A stretch of 30,932 nt of DNA from a virus (Duplodnaviria > Heunggongvirae > Uroviricota > Caudoviricetes): positions 1 to 30,932 of IMG/VR virus record IMGVR_UViG_2541047956_000008. One strand, 5' to 3'. Shown here piece after piece: positions 1-7,104 of this stretch (position 1 is the first letter of the stretch; each line of letters begins with the position of its first letter). The translations under genes were made by a program, and so were the position numbers. The notes under the pieces are model-generated. The model ran no database searches, was not told the origin of the DNA, and saw nothing but the letters and a program-made list of their open reading frames with translations.

Positions 1-420
1 ATGACGGATTATCAGCCATACAGGAAAGGAACTGTGCTTGCCCCAACTGGGCCATGCAATCATCTTCATGTGATTTGTAATGATCCTGTTTATTACCCCG
101 TTAACGATTGTTATTGTGTTTTAGTTGTTAATATTTCTAGTATCAAGGATGGGGTCCCCCACGATCCGTCTTGCGTCTTGAATTCCGGTGATCATCGCTT
201 TATCAAGCATCCAAGTTATGTTGTTTACGCTGAAGCTATAATTTGGCGAGTGGATAACATGGTTAGAAAGCAGCGATCGGGTGAGATTTCTGTTCATGAT
301 GATATGCCAGAAGCTACATTCAATAGAATTCTGGACGGTTTTGATATATCTGATGAAGTTACGCCAAAGAACCTTAAATTTAAAAATAAATATTGCGTAT
401 CATCTATTGATGATGAGTAA
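1..420 (+). CDS. Hypothetical protein (139 aa) in an AT-rich accessory cassette; may be 5'-truncated by the window edge
   Basis: ORF begins with ATG at position 1 and ends at 420. Region is visibly AT-richer than the prophage backbone. No family recognised. Confidence 0.35.
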   Translation: MTDYQPYRKGTVLAPTGPCNHLHVICNDPVYYPVNDCYCVLVVNISSIKDGVPHDPSCVLNSGDHRFIKHPSYVVYAEAIIWRVDNMVRKQRSGEISVHDDMPEATFNRILDGFDISDEVTPKNLKFKNKYCVSSIDDE

Positions 421-459
421 ACAACAGGAATTGTTTCGGTATAGCTTCTGGAGTTTTCT

Positions 460-633
460 ATGGAAGATCAAAAAGCAACCAAGCCACAGCTTAAGTTCGA
501 CACAATGAAAGCATTCGCAGGTATGGGTGCTGCTGTTGAAGTTCTGATGAAGGCTGCTCCTAATGCGTTCACTCACGCTACTGTCTCTGGTAAAGAGCAG
601 CAGGGTAAGCTTCGTCGTCGCAAAGCAGCATGA
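460..633 (+). CDS. Small hypothetical protein (57 aa) with basic C-terminus (KLRRRKAA)
   Basis: ATG at 460 preceded by GGAG (450-453, 6-nt spacer); TGA at 631-633; followed directly by terminator hairpin. Below the 60-aa cut-off of the supplied ORF track. Confidence 0.4.
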   Translation: MEDQKATKPQLKFDTMKAFAGMGAAVEVLMKAAPNAFTHATVSGKEQQGKLRRRKAA

Positions 634-652
634 TCATAGCTGGTGCTTTTTG

Positions 653-680
653 AAAACCCGCCTTTAGGCGGGTTTTTTCT
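653..680. terminator. Bidirectional rho-independent terminator between convergent genes
   Basis: Hairpin AAAACCCGCC-TTTA-GGCGGGTTTT followed by a T run on the + strand; the stem also ends in a U-tract when read on the - strand. Sits between the stop at 633 (+) and the stop at 681 (-). Confidence 0.6.
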
Positions 681-989
681 TTAGTGATGTTCTTTGCCCT
701 TCTGTTTGCTTGTTCTGACCTGTTCCCACTCGATACGTCCTTCTTCTCGTCTTTTGTCTATGTATTCCGCAAGATCCTGAATATTGATGCAACGTTTTGC
801 TTTTTGTGATGTGCCGATGCGATATGTTGGAACGGGCAACTTACAAGCGTTTGCTTTTGCTTCTGCCGTGGCTGGACTCATGCCAAAGTACTTTTGGCTA
901 ACTGCTGAGAGTTCAATGTTAGGGGTATTGAATTCAGCCATCAGTAAAAACAAGGTGTTCATAATTTTCTCCATCAAAACCGGCTGCAC
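681..989 (-). CDS. AlpA/PrtN-family DNA-binding protein (excisionase-like regulator)
   Basis: 102-aa ORF; sequence resembles the pyocin-activator PrtN / AlpA-type small HTH proteins (recalled). Last gene of the leftward early operon, the usual xis position. True start may be an internal Met. Confidence 0.5.
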   Translation of the reverse strand: MQPVLMEKIMNTLFLLMAEFNTPNIELSAVSQKYFGMSPATAEAKANACKLPVPTYRIGTSQKAKRCINIQDLAEYIDKRREEGRIEWEQVRTSKQKGKEHH

Positions 990-998
990 CCGGGAAAA

Positions 999-1574
999 TC
1001 ATAATTCTGTGCTGGTGGCAGGAATTAATTTCTGCCAGATAGCGGAAACATATTTTGCCTGATGACGGGCATCAACCAGGGCGTTGTGCCGTTCGCCATC
1101 GAAAGGCATGTCCATTTTGGGGTCGAATCCGATGGAACGCCCAAGCGTAACGATCGTGCGTACATCGTGGTCATTCCAGTATGCCCACGGGCAGATTTGT
1201 CCTGCTCGCTCATAAGCTCCACGTAAAATTACGTTGTCGAAGGTGGCTCCGTTACCCCAGACTTTTAAATATTTCGTATTGTCTGCGTGCCGGTTAATGA
1301 AATGATTTAGTTCTGAGAGAGCATCGCTGATCGACAAAGTATCATCAATACAGATTGCAGCTCGTGCTTCAGGGCTTTGTTTCAACCACCACAGGATGGT
1401 ATCGCCGTCAGGTGTAGCTCCTTGCCCCATAGCACTTTCCAGGCTAACAACCGTATAGAATTCTTGTCCGATGTCTCCGGTTTCTGGAGTGAAGAACACC
1501 GCGCCAATGGAAACGATCGGTGCATCCTTATTTTTCCCCATCGTCTCAAGGTCGATCATTAAGTTGTTCATCAC
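999..1574 (-). CDS. DEDDh-family (DnaQ-like) 3'-5' exonuclease
   Basis: 191-aa ORF with N-terminal MIDLETMG (Exo I D-x-E motif) and C-terminal HNALVDARHQAKY (Exo III H-x4-D motif). Confidence 0.7.
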   Translation of the reverse strand: MMNNLMIDLETMGKNKDAPIVSIGAVFFTPETGDIGQEFYTVVSLESAMGQGATPDGDTILWWLKQSPEARAAICIDDTLSISDALSELNHFINRHADNTKYLKVWGNGATFDNVILRGAYERAGQICPWAYWNDHDVRTIVTLGRSIGFDPKMDMPFDGERHNALVDARHQAKYVSAIWQKLIPATSTEL

Positions 1575-2149
1575 TTCACCTCTTGTGATGGTTTTGCTGC
1601 AAAATACTCGATACCTTTATCCCAGATAGATTTTATGGTCGACCACGTGACTGGCACTTTAATTTCAATACGTCCGCTTCCGTCACAGGTATCGCAATCA
1701 TCATCGCCAAAGCATTCCAGGCAGCTTATAAACGTAGTTTCTGAAAATTCACCGGATAGCGCCCCCTTAGCGCCGTTCTCGGCTGTTAGTCTCTTCGGCA
1801 CCATAACCCAACCATCCGGAGTTACCGGAGAGTTGCCATTTACATCGAAGTTTGGCTCTGCGTCCTGAACCAGGAGGATGTAACCATTCTTGGCAGTATC
1901 AAGTTCTGACGCCTCGGTGACGGTGCCGAAATAGCGATTACCTAAATCAGCATCACAAGTACTTACATCAATGGAAACTTCCATGCCTTCGATTAATTCT
2001 GGCAAGTTGTAAGCTTGGCTTACAGGTTCGGCTTCCAGCGATGCAAGTGCAATTTCATAAGCACGGCGTTCAATATTGTCTCTCACGTCCAGGCTGCCTA
2101 TGCGTTCTTTGATTTCTTTAATCAGTTCTTTATTGGTAAATGTGGTCAT
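1571..2149 (-). CDS. Hypothetical early protein with C-terminal DnaJ-type zinc-finger motifs
   Basis: 192-aa ORF; C-terminus CLECFGDDDCDTCDGSG contains tandem CxxCxG(x)G motifs. 4-bp overlaps with both neighbours indicate operon coupling. Confidence 0.5.
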   Translation of the reverse strand: MTTFTNKELIKEIKERIGSLDVRDNIERRAYEIALASLEAEPVSQAYNLPELIEGMEVSIDVSTCDADLGNRYFGTVTEASELDTAKNGYILLVQDAEPNFDVNGNSPVTPDGWVMVPKRLTAENGAKGALSGEFSETTFISCLECFGDDDCDTCDGSGRIEIKVPVTWSTIKSIWDKGIEYFAAKPSQEVK

Positions 2150-2511
2150 TATGCTCCAGCCTCCGGTGCTTTTGGCATTACTGCCCAGTGAGTGATATTG
2201 ACGTTTTCAAGGTCCCCGACCTGAAATGTCCACTGCCATTCTCCGGTTTCTTTTTGTCCCCAGGTGTACCAGAGAGAACGCCAGCCAATTAGCCAGCCTT
2301 CTCCGTTAGCATCAAATAACAGAACACTTTCATTTGCTGGTGGCAGTTCAGCTGACACTGGTATTATTTTGTTTTCCAGTGCCGCACATTTAGCTTCAAG
2401 CGCATCGAATTTACGTACCAGGTACTCAGCATTTGTTTCGTTCACTTTCAGATCTCGCGGTACACATTTCCCGCGAAGAAACCCTTCCATTTCGAAAACA
2501 TTCATGCGCAT
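2149..2511 (-). CDS. DUF551-like phage protein (YfdS-like)
   Basis: 120-aa ORF, Trp-rich C-terminus (WLIGWRSLWYTWGQKETGEWQW); same size and position as YfdS of the K-12 CPS-53 prophage (recalled). Confidence 0.45.
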   Translation of the reverse strand: MRMNVFEMEGFLRGKCVPRDLKVNETNAEYLVRKFDALEAKCAALENKIIPVSAELPPANESVLLFDANGEGWLIGWRSLWYTWGQKETGEWQWTFQVGDLENVNITHWAVMPKAPEAGA

Positions 2512-3050
2512 TTGCGTAACTCCGATAACTCGTTAAAACGTTCCATAAACATCCCGTAGGCATGGCTCGGTGCCAGTGGAATCACGTTGAACATCTCTGT
2601 TGCCTGGATGCCTTCCAGTACAGGCCAGAAAGAGCCATCATCAAGCCCGAGATCGCGGCGTTCGGTTGCCAGCATGATGAGATCGGCATATTTCACAGGC
2701 GTGCTCATAACCGGGGGTAACCCGTATTTCTCACGGATTACGGCATCTATTTTTTCTTCCATCCGTTTATAGTCAGGAAGAAGGCGTTTCAGTGGAGCGG
2801 GGATGTCCTGGCAATATGCTTCTGTTGCATCATGCATTAACGCTTCAAAAGCAAATTCCTGCGGTACCAGCTGGCTGCAAAGCACCGCATGCTGGGCGAC
2901 GCTGTAGAAGTGTGAAAGATGTCCTGCAAAGCGACAGATATTTGAAAGGGAAACTGCGATATCGTTAATCACGATGTCGTCTTTATTTATCTTGTCATAA
3001 TAAAAATGCTTCCCGGAAAAAGTTTTAATAAATGACATTTCGTTCTCCAC
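2502..3050 (-). CDS. yfdR: HD-domain phosphohydrolase, YfdR-like 5'-deoxynucleotidase
   Basis: 182-aa ORF with His (AQHAVLCSQL) and HD (EALMHDATEAY) metal-binding motifs of the HD superfamily. Gene order YfdP-YfdQ-YfdR-YfdS matches CPS-53 (recalled). Confidence 0.6.
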   Translation of the reverse strand: MENEMSFIKTFSGKHFYYDKINKDDIVINDIAVSLSNICRFAGHLSHFYSVAQHAVLCSQLVPQEFAFEALMHDATEAYCQDIPAPLKRLLPDYKRMEEKIDAVIREKYGLPPVMSTPVKYADLIMLATERRDLGLDDGSFWPVLEGIQATEMFNVIPLAPSHAYGMFMERFNELSELRKCA

Positions 3051-3165
3051 GTATATGCGCTGTACCGCGCTGAATTCGGGTAAAAGGAAGCCCTCACCAT
3101 CCGGTGATTATTGAGTTAATTACGTTTCCATAAATGCCCCCGCAGGGGCATTTGCAGTAATGAAA

Positions 3166-3990
3166 TCAGGCGGTGAAAGTACCAATAAAGGTTTCTACTT
3201 TGCTGTCTTTGAATTTCTCAACAAGCAGATCACGAAATTCGTTAGCCATATCTTCCTGCACCGCTTCCAGCTGAATAATGCGCAGAACCAGTACAGGACG
3301 ATCGCCAGTGATAATGCTGAGGCGTAATTTAAACGGACGTTCTTTCAGACCTTCAAACGGAACGCATTTAAATTCAAATGCCACTGGCATAATGTCTTTG
3401 GTCTTCGCTTCGACAGATTCCATCAGGGAGCGTTTGCCGCTGAAGTCATTATCTTCAAAATCAGCGGTCTGGTTTGCTTCAATCGTGATTTTACGGACTG
3501 CCGCAGCAGCTTTTGTTGCCTGAATGGCGTCACCATTAGCATCAAAGCCCACAAGGTAGTCGGCCCAGTCTTCAATCCATTCTGCCAGTGACTTCTGGGA
3601 GTTACGCTCGCCGTTAACAGACAACAGGGCAGAGAACGGTGCTGTCTTTTTCAGTTTGAGAGTGGCGGTGTTATCTGCGTGACCTGGTTCATCAATAGTA
3701 CCCAGGTTAAGCACACTGACGGCTCGCATATTATCGGCATCGATAAAGCAGCGGGTGCCTTCATCTGCAAGATCTTTAGAATAACGGGTAAAGTCATCGA
3801 TGCTGGCAGTGGAAAGCGCACCACGGAAACGGAAGCGATTTAAATTAAATTTTTCCAGATCATGAATGCGGAAATTCTCAGGCAATGCCACAGCATCGGC
3901 ACCAATCTTACTGATAATTTCATTAACACCCTGAGCAGAAATAAGGGCATGGATTTGATTAATTGCGGTTGAGTCTAAGTTCTGAGACAT
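3166..3990 (-). CDS. yfdQ: YfdQ-like phage protein (DUF2303 family)
   Basis: 274-aa ORF, same length as K-12 YfdQ and in the same gene order (recalled, not searched). Confidence 0.55.
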   Translation of the reverse strand: MSQNLDSTAINQIHALISAQGVNEIISKIGADAVALPENFRIHDLEKFNLNRFRFRGALSTASIDDFTRYSKDLADEGTRCFIDADNMRAVSVLNLGTIDEPGHADNTATLKLKKTAPFSALLSVNGERNSQKSLAEWIEDWADYLVGFDANGDAIQATKAAAAVRKITIEANQTADFEDNDFSGKRSLMESVEAKTKDIMPVAFEFKCVPFEGLKERPFKLRLSIITGDRPVLVLRIIQLEAVQEDMANEFRDLLVEKFKDSKVETFIGTFTA

Positions 3991-4055
3991 AATAAGTCCT
4001 CACTATATAAAAATATTCAGTGATGAGAGAAATAATCAGTTTATTAAAAACGATA

Positions 4056-4418
4056 TTAATGACCTGCTGCGCGGAGTTTTCCGTCAGGTTCACCGGCAAG
4101 AGTCAGTAATTGTCCCTGGTCTTCCTGCAGAATAGTCAGGCGACCACCGCGATTGACATACATCGGCGTTTCGGTGGTGTCTTCTTCGGAAATTTTCCCG
4201 CGGTTAGTCGGGCGAACATATGAGAGTTTGTGTTTGATTTTCACACGGTTCTCATCAAACGGTTCGATTTCCAGGTTGAGTGAGACCTTACCTTTGGTTT
4301 TCGTGTTCATCACACCGGAAGCGACTTCACTGAGAACTGCGCCGATTTTGGTTTCAAATACGCCGCCGTCCAGCTCCCCGATAAATGCCTGCACATCAGT
4401 ACTGCGTTCGCTAGCCAT
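4056..4418 (-). CDS. YfdP-like small early protein (120 aa), first gene of the leftward operon
   Basis: Start placed at the ATG (complement of 4416-4418) preceded by GAGGAG with a 7-nt spacer. The track's longer 197-aa form begins further upstream without an RBS. Confidence 0.5.
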   Translation of the reverse strand: MASERSTDVQAFIGELDGGVFETKIGAVLSEVASGVMNTKTKGKVSLNLEIEPFDENRVKIKHKLSYVRPTNRGKISEEDTTETPMYVNRGGRLTILQEDQGQLLTLAGEPDGKLRAAGH

Positions 4419-4465
4419 TTTGCTGCTCCTCATCATATCGACCCTGTAAGGTCGGTTAGTTTCTC

Positions 4466-4554
4466 CACAAAACAGAGAAGAACACCTGCGGTGACTGCCG
4501 CCCGGATGGATTGGGTTATGAGCCCGTCGTCCGGTGATGCTCTTCTCTGTTTTG
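4466..4554. repeat. 15-bp perfect inverted repeat (ACAAAACAGAGAAGA / TCTTCTCTGTTTTGT) separated by 59 nt
   Basis: Left arm 4466-4480 is the exact reverse complement of right arm 4540-4554. Lies about 50 nt upstream of the YfdP-like start, inside the PL leader. Confidence 0.6.
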
Positions 4555-4702
4555 TAAAAAGAGCGGTACCAGCCGGAAGCAAGTGTACAAACTGGTACCG
4601 CCAAAGCAGTGGCTGTTGTGGTGGGGTTGTCACTCAGGCGTATGGTCAACCTGACAATCCGGTGTCCTCAACGGGGAAAGAGTAACCCCGCCATACTTAC
4701 CG

Positions 4703-4740
4703 CCGCGCCATTTCGCGGATTACCACAACGCTGAGAGCAC
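4703..4740 (-). promoter_or_regulatory. Candidate nutL-like element (boxA-like plus boxB-like hairpin)
   Basis: On the - strand: GTGCTCTCAGCG (boxA-like, contains GCTCT), a 10-nt spacer, then hairpin CCGCG-AAATGG-CGCGG (5-bp stem, purine-rich 6-nt loop). No N-like gene follows. Confidence 0.3.
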
Positions 4741-5026
4741 TTAGCCAGTTACGGCACCACACTTTGTCGCGGTTCCATAAATGCCCTCATCGTTGCACCC
4801 TGGTCTCTTCCCAGGCGTCAAACCGAATCGCCACGCTGGTTAGGCGTCTTATCAGCATCATCATTGACTTGCACATTCCGGCTACCTGGTTTGTTTGCCC
4901 GAGCAAGGAGTGGATTGTCCCCTTTAACGTCCCCAGACCGCTAACGACGCATGTGCCATACGCCGTGTTACAACCAAATTTTGTTAGTACCTTGTTTGTA
5001 GGTCTGGAAAGAAAGATAAAATGAAG

Positions 5027-5065
5027 TTGCGCATTATGCAAGTGTTTTTATTGCGAGATATGCAA
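5027..5065. promoter_or_regulatory. OL-like operator pair with probable PL promoter (leftward)
   Basis: Two 15-mers TTGCGcattaTGCAA (5027-5041) and TTGCGagataTGCAA (5051-5065) match the TTGCG-N5-(A/T)GCAA pattern also seen at OR (5835-5849). On the - strand TTGCAT-17-TATCTT-like hexamers overlap them. Confidence 0.45.
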
Positions 5066-5075
5066 TTTGGTGGGT

Positions 5076-5100
5076 AATGAAAAGCCACCTTCTGGTGGCT
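5076..5100 (-). terminator. Terminator downstream of the repressor gene (tIMM-like)
   Basis: - strand hairpin AGCCACC-AGAA-GGTGGCT followed by UUUUCAUU, 20 nt after the repressor stop codon. Confidence 0.5.
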
Positions 5101-5121
5101 AATTGATGTTGAGGTAGGGGG

Positions 5122-5814
5122 TTAATTGTGTCGCTTAAGGGTTTGTGACTGACTGATTAAGACCTTTCCAAAGACCATAAACCGATGTTCGTTTTCGCTG
5201 GTAATTCCCCATTCGCGGTAAATCTGATTATCAGAAATTACCAGCAGTTTATCAGGTATCATTTGCAGTCGTTTGACGTAAATTTTATCATCAAAACCAA
5301 ATACATATATACCATCCCCATCAAACTGATTGATACTGATATCAACGAAGATGAGATCTCCTGGCTCAATGGTTGGACACATACTGTCCCCACGAACGTT
5401 GATAACTTTAATGTGATTTGCTGGTCGTCCACCAAACATCGATACAGCATTATCAGTTCTGTATTCAATGGCATGAATCACATCAATGACATCACCGCCC
5501 TGGATAAGGCCATTTCCCGCACTGGCACTGACATCCAGCATTTCAATACGGAATACATCCTTCACCTGCGCAACATCCTCACTAATACTGTTTTTACATA
5601 CAGTATTACTTTTGAGGTCTGAGGTAAAGAGATCAGCAATATCAACACCTAAGCTCCTGGCAATATTACTCAGGGCTTGTTCAGTGAATTGTTTCTGCTT
5701 ACCTGTTTCGAGGCGCGAGATATTCGCCGCATCCACTCCTATTGCTTCAGCGAGATCGGCGATTTTCATGTTCTTCGCCTGGCGAAGTTGTCTGACTCGA
5801 TTTCCTATGTTCAT
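5122..5814 (-). CDS. CI-like prophage repressor (N-terminal XRE HTH, C-terminal S24 LexA-like peptidase domain)
   Basis: 230-aa ORF: N-terminal HTH (IADLAEAIGVDAANISRLETGK), C-terminal GDSM serine motif (VRGDSMCPTIEPGDLIFVD) and downstream Lys (YVKRL). Divergent from the Cro-like gene. Confidence 0.85.
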   Translation of the reverse strand: MNIGNRVRQLRQAKNMKIADLAEAIGVDAANISRLETGKQKQFTEQALSNIARSLGVDIADLFTSDLKSNTVCKNSISEDVAQVKDVFRIEMLDVSASAGNGLIQGGDVIDVIHAIEYRTDNAVSMFGGRPANHIKVINVRGDSMCPTIEPGDLIFVDISINQFDGDGIYVFGFDDKIYVKRLQMIPDKLLVISDNQIYREWGITSENEHRFMVFGKVLISQSQTLKRHN

Positions 5815-5834
5815 GCGTTTATTACATTTCTTTA

Positions 5835-5897
5835 TTGCGCGTTAAGCAAATCAACTTGCGCAAAATATTTGCGTGAAATAATATGCTCATCACGCAA
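5835..5897. promoter_or_regulatory. OR-like operator cluster and divergent PRM/PR promoter region
   Basis: 97-bp AT-rich spacer between divergent repressor and Cro-like genes. Contains TTGCGcgttaAGCAA (5835-5849), the palindrome TTGCGCAA (5856-5863) and the inverted repeat TTGCGTGA...TCACGCAA (5869-5897). Confidence 0.5.
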
Positions 5898-5911
5898 TAT
5901 GTGGAGGTTAT

Positions 5912-6172
5912 ATGCAATCACCATTACGGAATGTGCGTAAGGCGCACGGATTTACTTTGCAGCATGTTGCTGCGGGCGTTCAGGTCAATCCAGCGACGCT
6001 GAGTCGTATTGAAAGACTGGAACAAATTCCATCTATCGATCTTGCAGAACGTCTGGCCAATTTTTTTAAGGGTGAAATCAGCGAAATGCAGATTCTTTAT
6101 CCGGCACGTTTTCAATCTAGCCAAAACCAGAATGGGTTTAAACCACAGGAACAGGAGGTAAGCCGTGGGTAA
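5912..6172 (+). CDS. Cro-like XRE-family HTH regulator
   Basis: 86-aa ORF; GGAGG RBS 5-6 nt upstream of ATG 5912; HTH motif (FTLQHVAAGVQVNPATLSRIERLEQ). Divergent from the repressor. Confidence 0.7.
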   Translation: MQSPLRNVRKAHGFTLQHVAAGVQVNPATLSRIERLEQIPSIDLAERLANFFKGEISEMQILYPARFQSSQNQNGFKPQEQEVSRG

Positions 6173-6716
6173 GCATCACTGGAAAGTGGAAAAACAACCT
6201 GAGTGGTACGTGAAAGCTGTCAGAAAAACTATCGCGGCATTGCCTGGGGGTTACGCTGAAGCTGCTGACTGGCTGGATGTAACAGAGAACGCTTTATTCA
6301 ACCGCCTTCGTGCAGATGGCGATCAGATTTTCCCGCTGGGATGGGCAATGGTTTTACAGCGCGCGGCTGGCACTCACTACATTGCGGATGCTGTCGCACA
6401 GTCTGCTGGTGGGGTGTTTGTATCGCTTCCTGAAATTGAGGAAGTAGAGAACGCCGATATAAACCAGCGCCTGCTGGAAGTCATCGAACAGATCGGGAGT
6501 TACTCAAAGCAGATTCGTTCGGCAATCGAAGATGGGGTAGTGGAGCCACACGAGCAGACAGCAATTAATGATGAGTTGTATCTGTCAATTTCGAAGCTCC
6601 AGGAGCATGCAGCACTGGTCTACAAAATCTTTTGCGCTCCAGAAAAGAGTGACGCCCGCGAGTGTGCAGCTCCGGGCGTCGTGGCGTTTTGTGTCTGTGG
6701 AGAAACTAACGCATGA
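6165..6716 (+). CDS. Putative regulatory protein in the cII position (YdaT-like, tentative)
   Basis: 183-aa ORF with GTG start at 6165 preceded by AGGAGG; overlaps the Cro-like stop. Family assignment is recalled and weak. Confidence 0.4.
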   Translation: MGKHHWKVEKQPEWYVKAVRKTIAALPGGYAEAADWLDVTENALFNRLRADGDQIFPLGWAMVLQRAAGTHYIADAVAQSAGGVFVSLPEIEEVENADINQRLLEVIEQIGSYSKQIRSAIEDGVVEPHEQTAINDELYLSISKLQEHAALVYKIFCAPEKSDARECAAPGVVAFCVCGETNA

Positions 6717-7051
6717 GCAGTTTAACAACACACTACCGTCGCTCGCAACTGATTGCGCTTCCTGTACCGGGTGGAAAAGCGAAGGTGGAGTATTGCTATG
6801 CAGTGAATGTACCAGGTGACAGGGAAATTGTAACCCACAGCTTTGCAGAGTGGGCTGTGGGTGATTTCAACCGGCAGAAGGAGACAGTCCTTTGCGACAA
6901 GTTAACCGCTGGTTCAAAGATCACTACGGAGTGCCCGTCAGAGTCATTCGTTGGGAGCCGGAAACACAACGGGTTATCTACCTCCGTGAAGGCTATGAAC
7001 ATGAATGCTTCAGTCCGCTCGAACAGTTTCGTCGTAAATTCAGGGAAATAG
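6713..7051 (+). CDS. Hypothetical protein; C-terminal half overlaps the next gene in another frame
   Basis: ATG 6713 overlaps the upstream stop (ATGA coupling) and has a GGAG RBS. The last ~50 codons are Ser-rich and low-complexity, so the true stop is uncertain. Confidence 0.3.
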   Translation: MSSLTTHYRRSQLIALPVPGGKAKVEYCYAVNVPGDREIVTHSFAEWAVGDFNRQKETVLCDKLTAGSKITTECPSESFVGSRKHNGLSTSVKAMNMNASVRSNSFVVNSGK

Positions 7052-7104
7052 AGGTCGGTCATGAGCCTGTTAATGACATCCCAGCCCATTGTGATAAATC
7101 GTGA
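6892..7104 (+). CDS. Small conserved-looking phage protein (70 aa; DUF4222-type, tentative)
   Basis: TTG start at 6892 preceded by AAGGAG (6877-6882, 9-nt spacer). Compact protein rich in W/Y/charged residues ([23 protein letters not shown]...). Confidence 0.45.
   Translation: MRQVNRWFKDHYGVPVRVIRWEPETQRVIYLREGYEHECFSPLEQFRRKFREIEVGHEPVNDIPAHCDKS

Noticed and set aside
281-508. 75-aa + strand ORF overlapping the end of the first gene
   Set aside because: Out of frame with, and largely nested in, the better-supported 1-420 ORF; the AT-rich sequence yields a Leu/Phe/Lys-rich spurious product.
4433-4633. 66-aa - strand ORF with GTG start in the leader
   Set aside because: No RBS, spans the inverted-repeat structure, and shows no Arg-rich N-like motif; judged unlikely to be coding but cannot be excluded.
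4056-4649. 197-aa extended form of the YfdP-like ORF in the track
   Set aside because: The upstream 77 codons are compositionally odd (Arg/Cys/His/Ser-rich) and lack an RBS, whereas the internal ATG at 4418 has a strong GAGGAG RBS and gives a 120-aa product.
4623-4693. tRNA-like segment: 7-bp acceptor-type pairing (GGGGTTG / TAACCCC), discriminator G and 3' CCA over 71 nt
   Set aside because: No credible D-arm, anticodon arm or T-loop (no GTTC-type T-loop) could be folded, so it is not called as a tRNA. It may still be part of the structured leader; a tRNA or tmRNA scanning tool would settle it.
4764-5041. Overlapping + and - strand ORFs (86 aa and 84 aa) in the PL leader
   Set aside because: Both start with TTG, have no RBS and overlap the operator and promoter sequences; judged non-coding.
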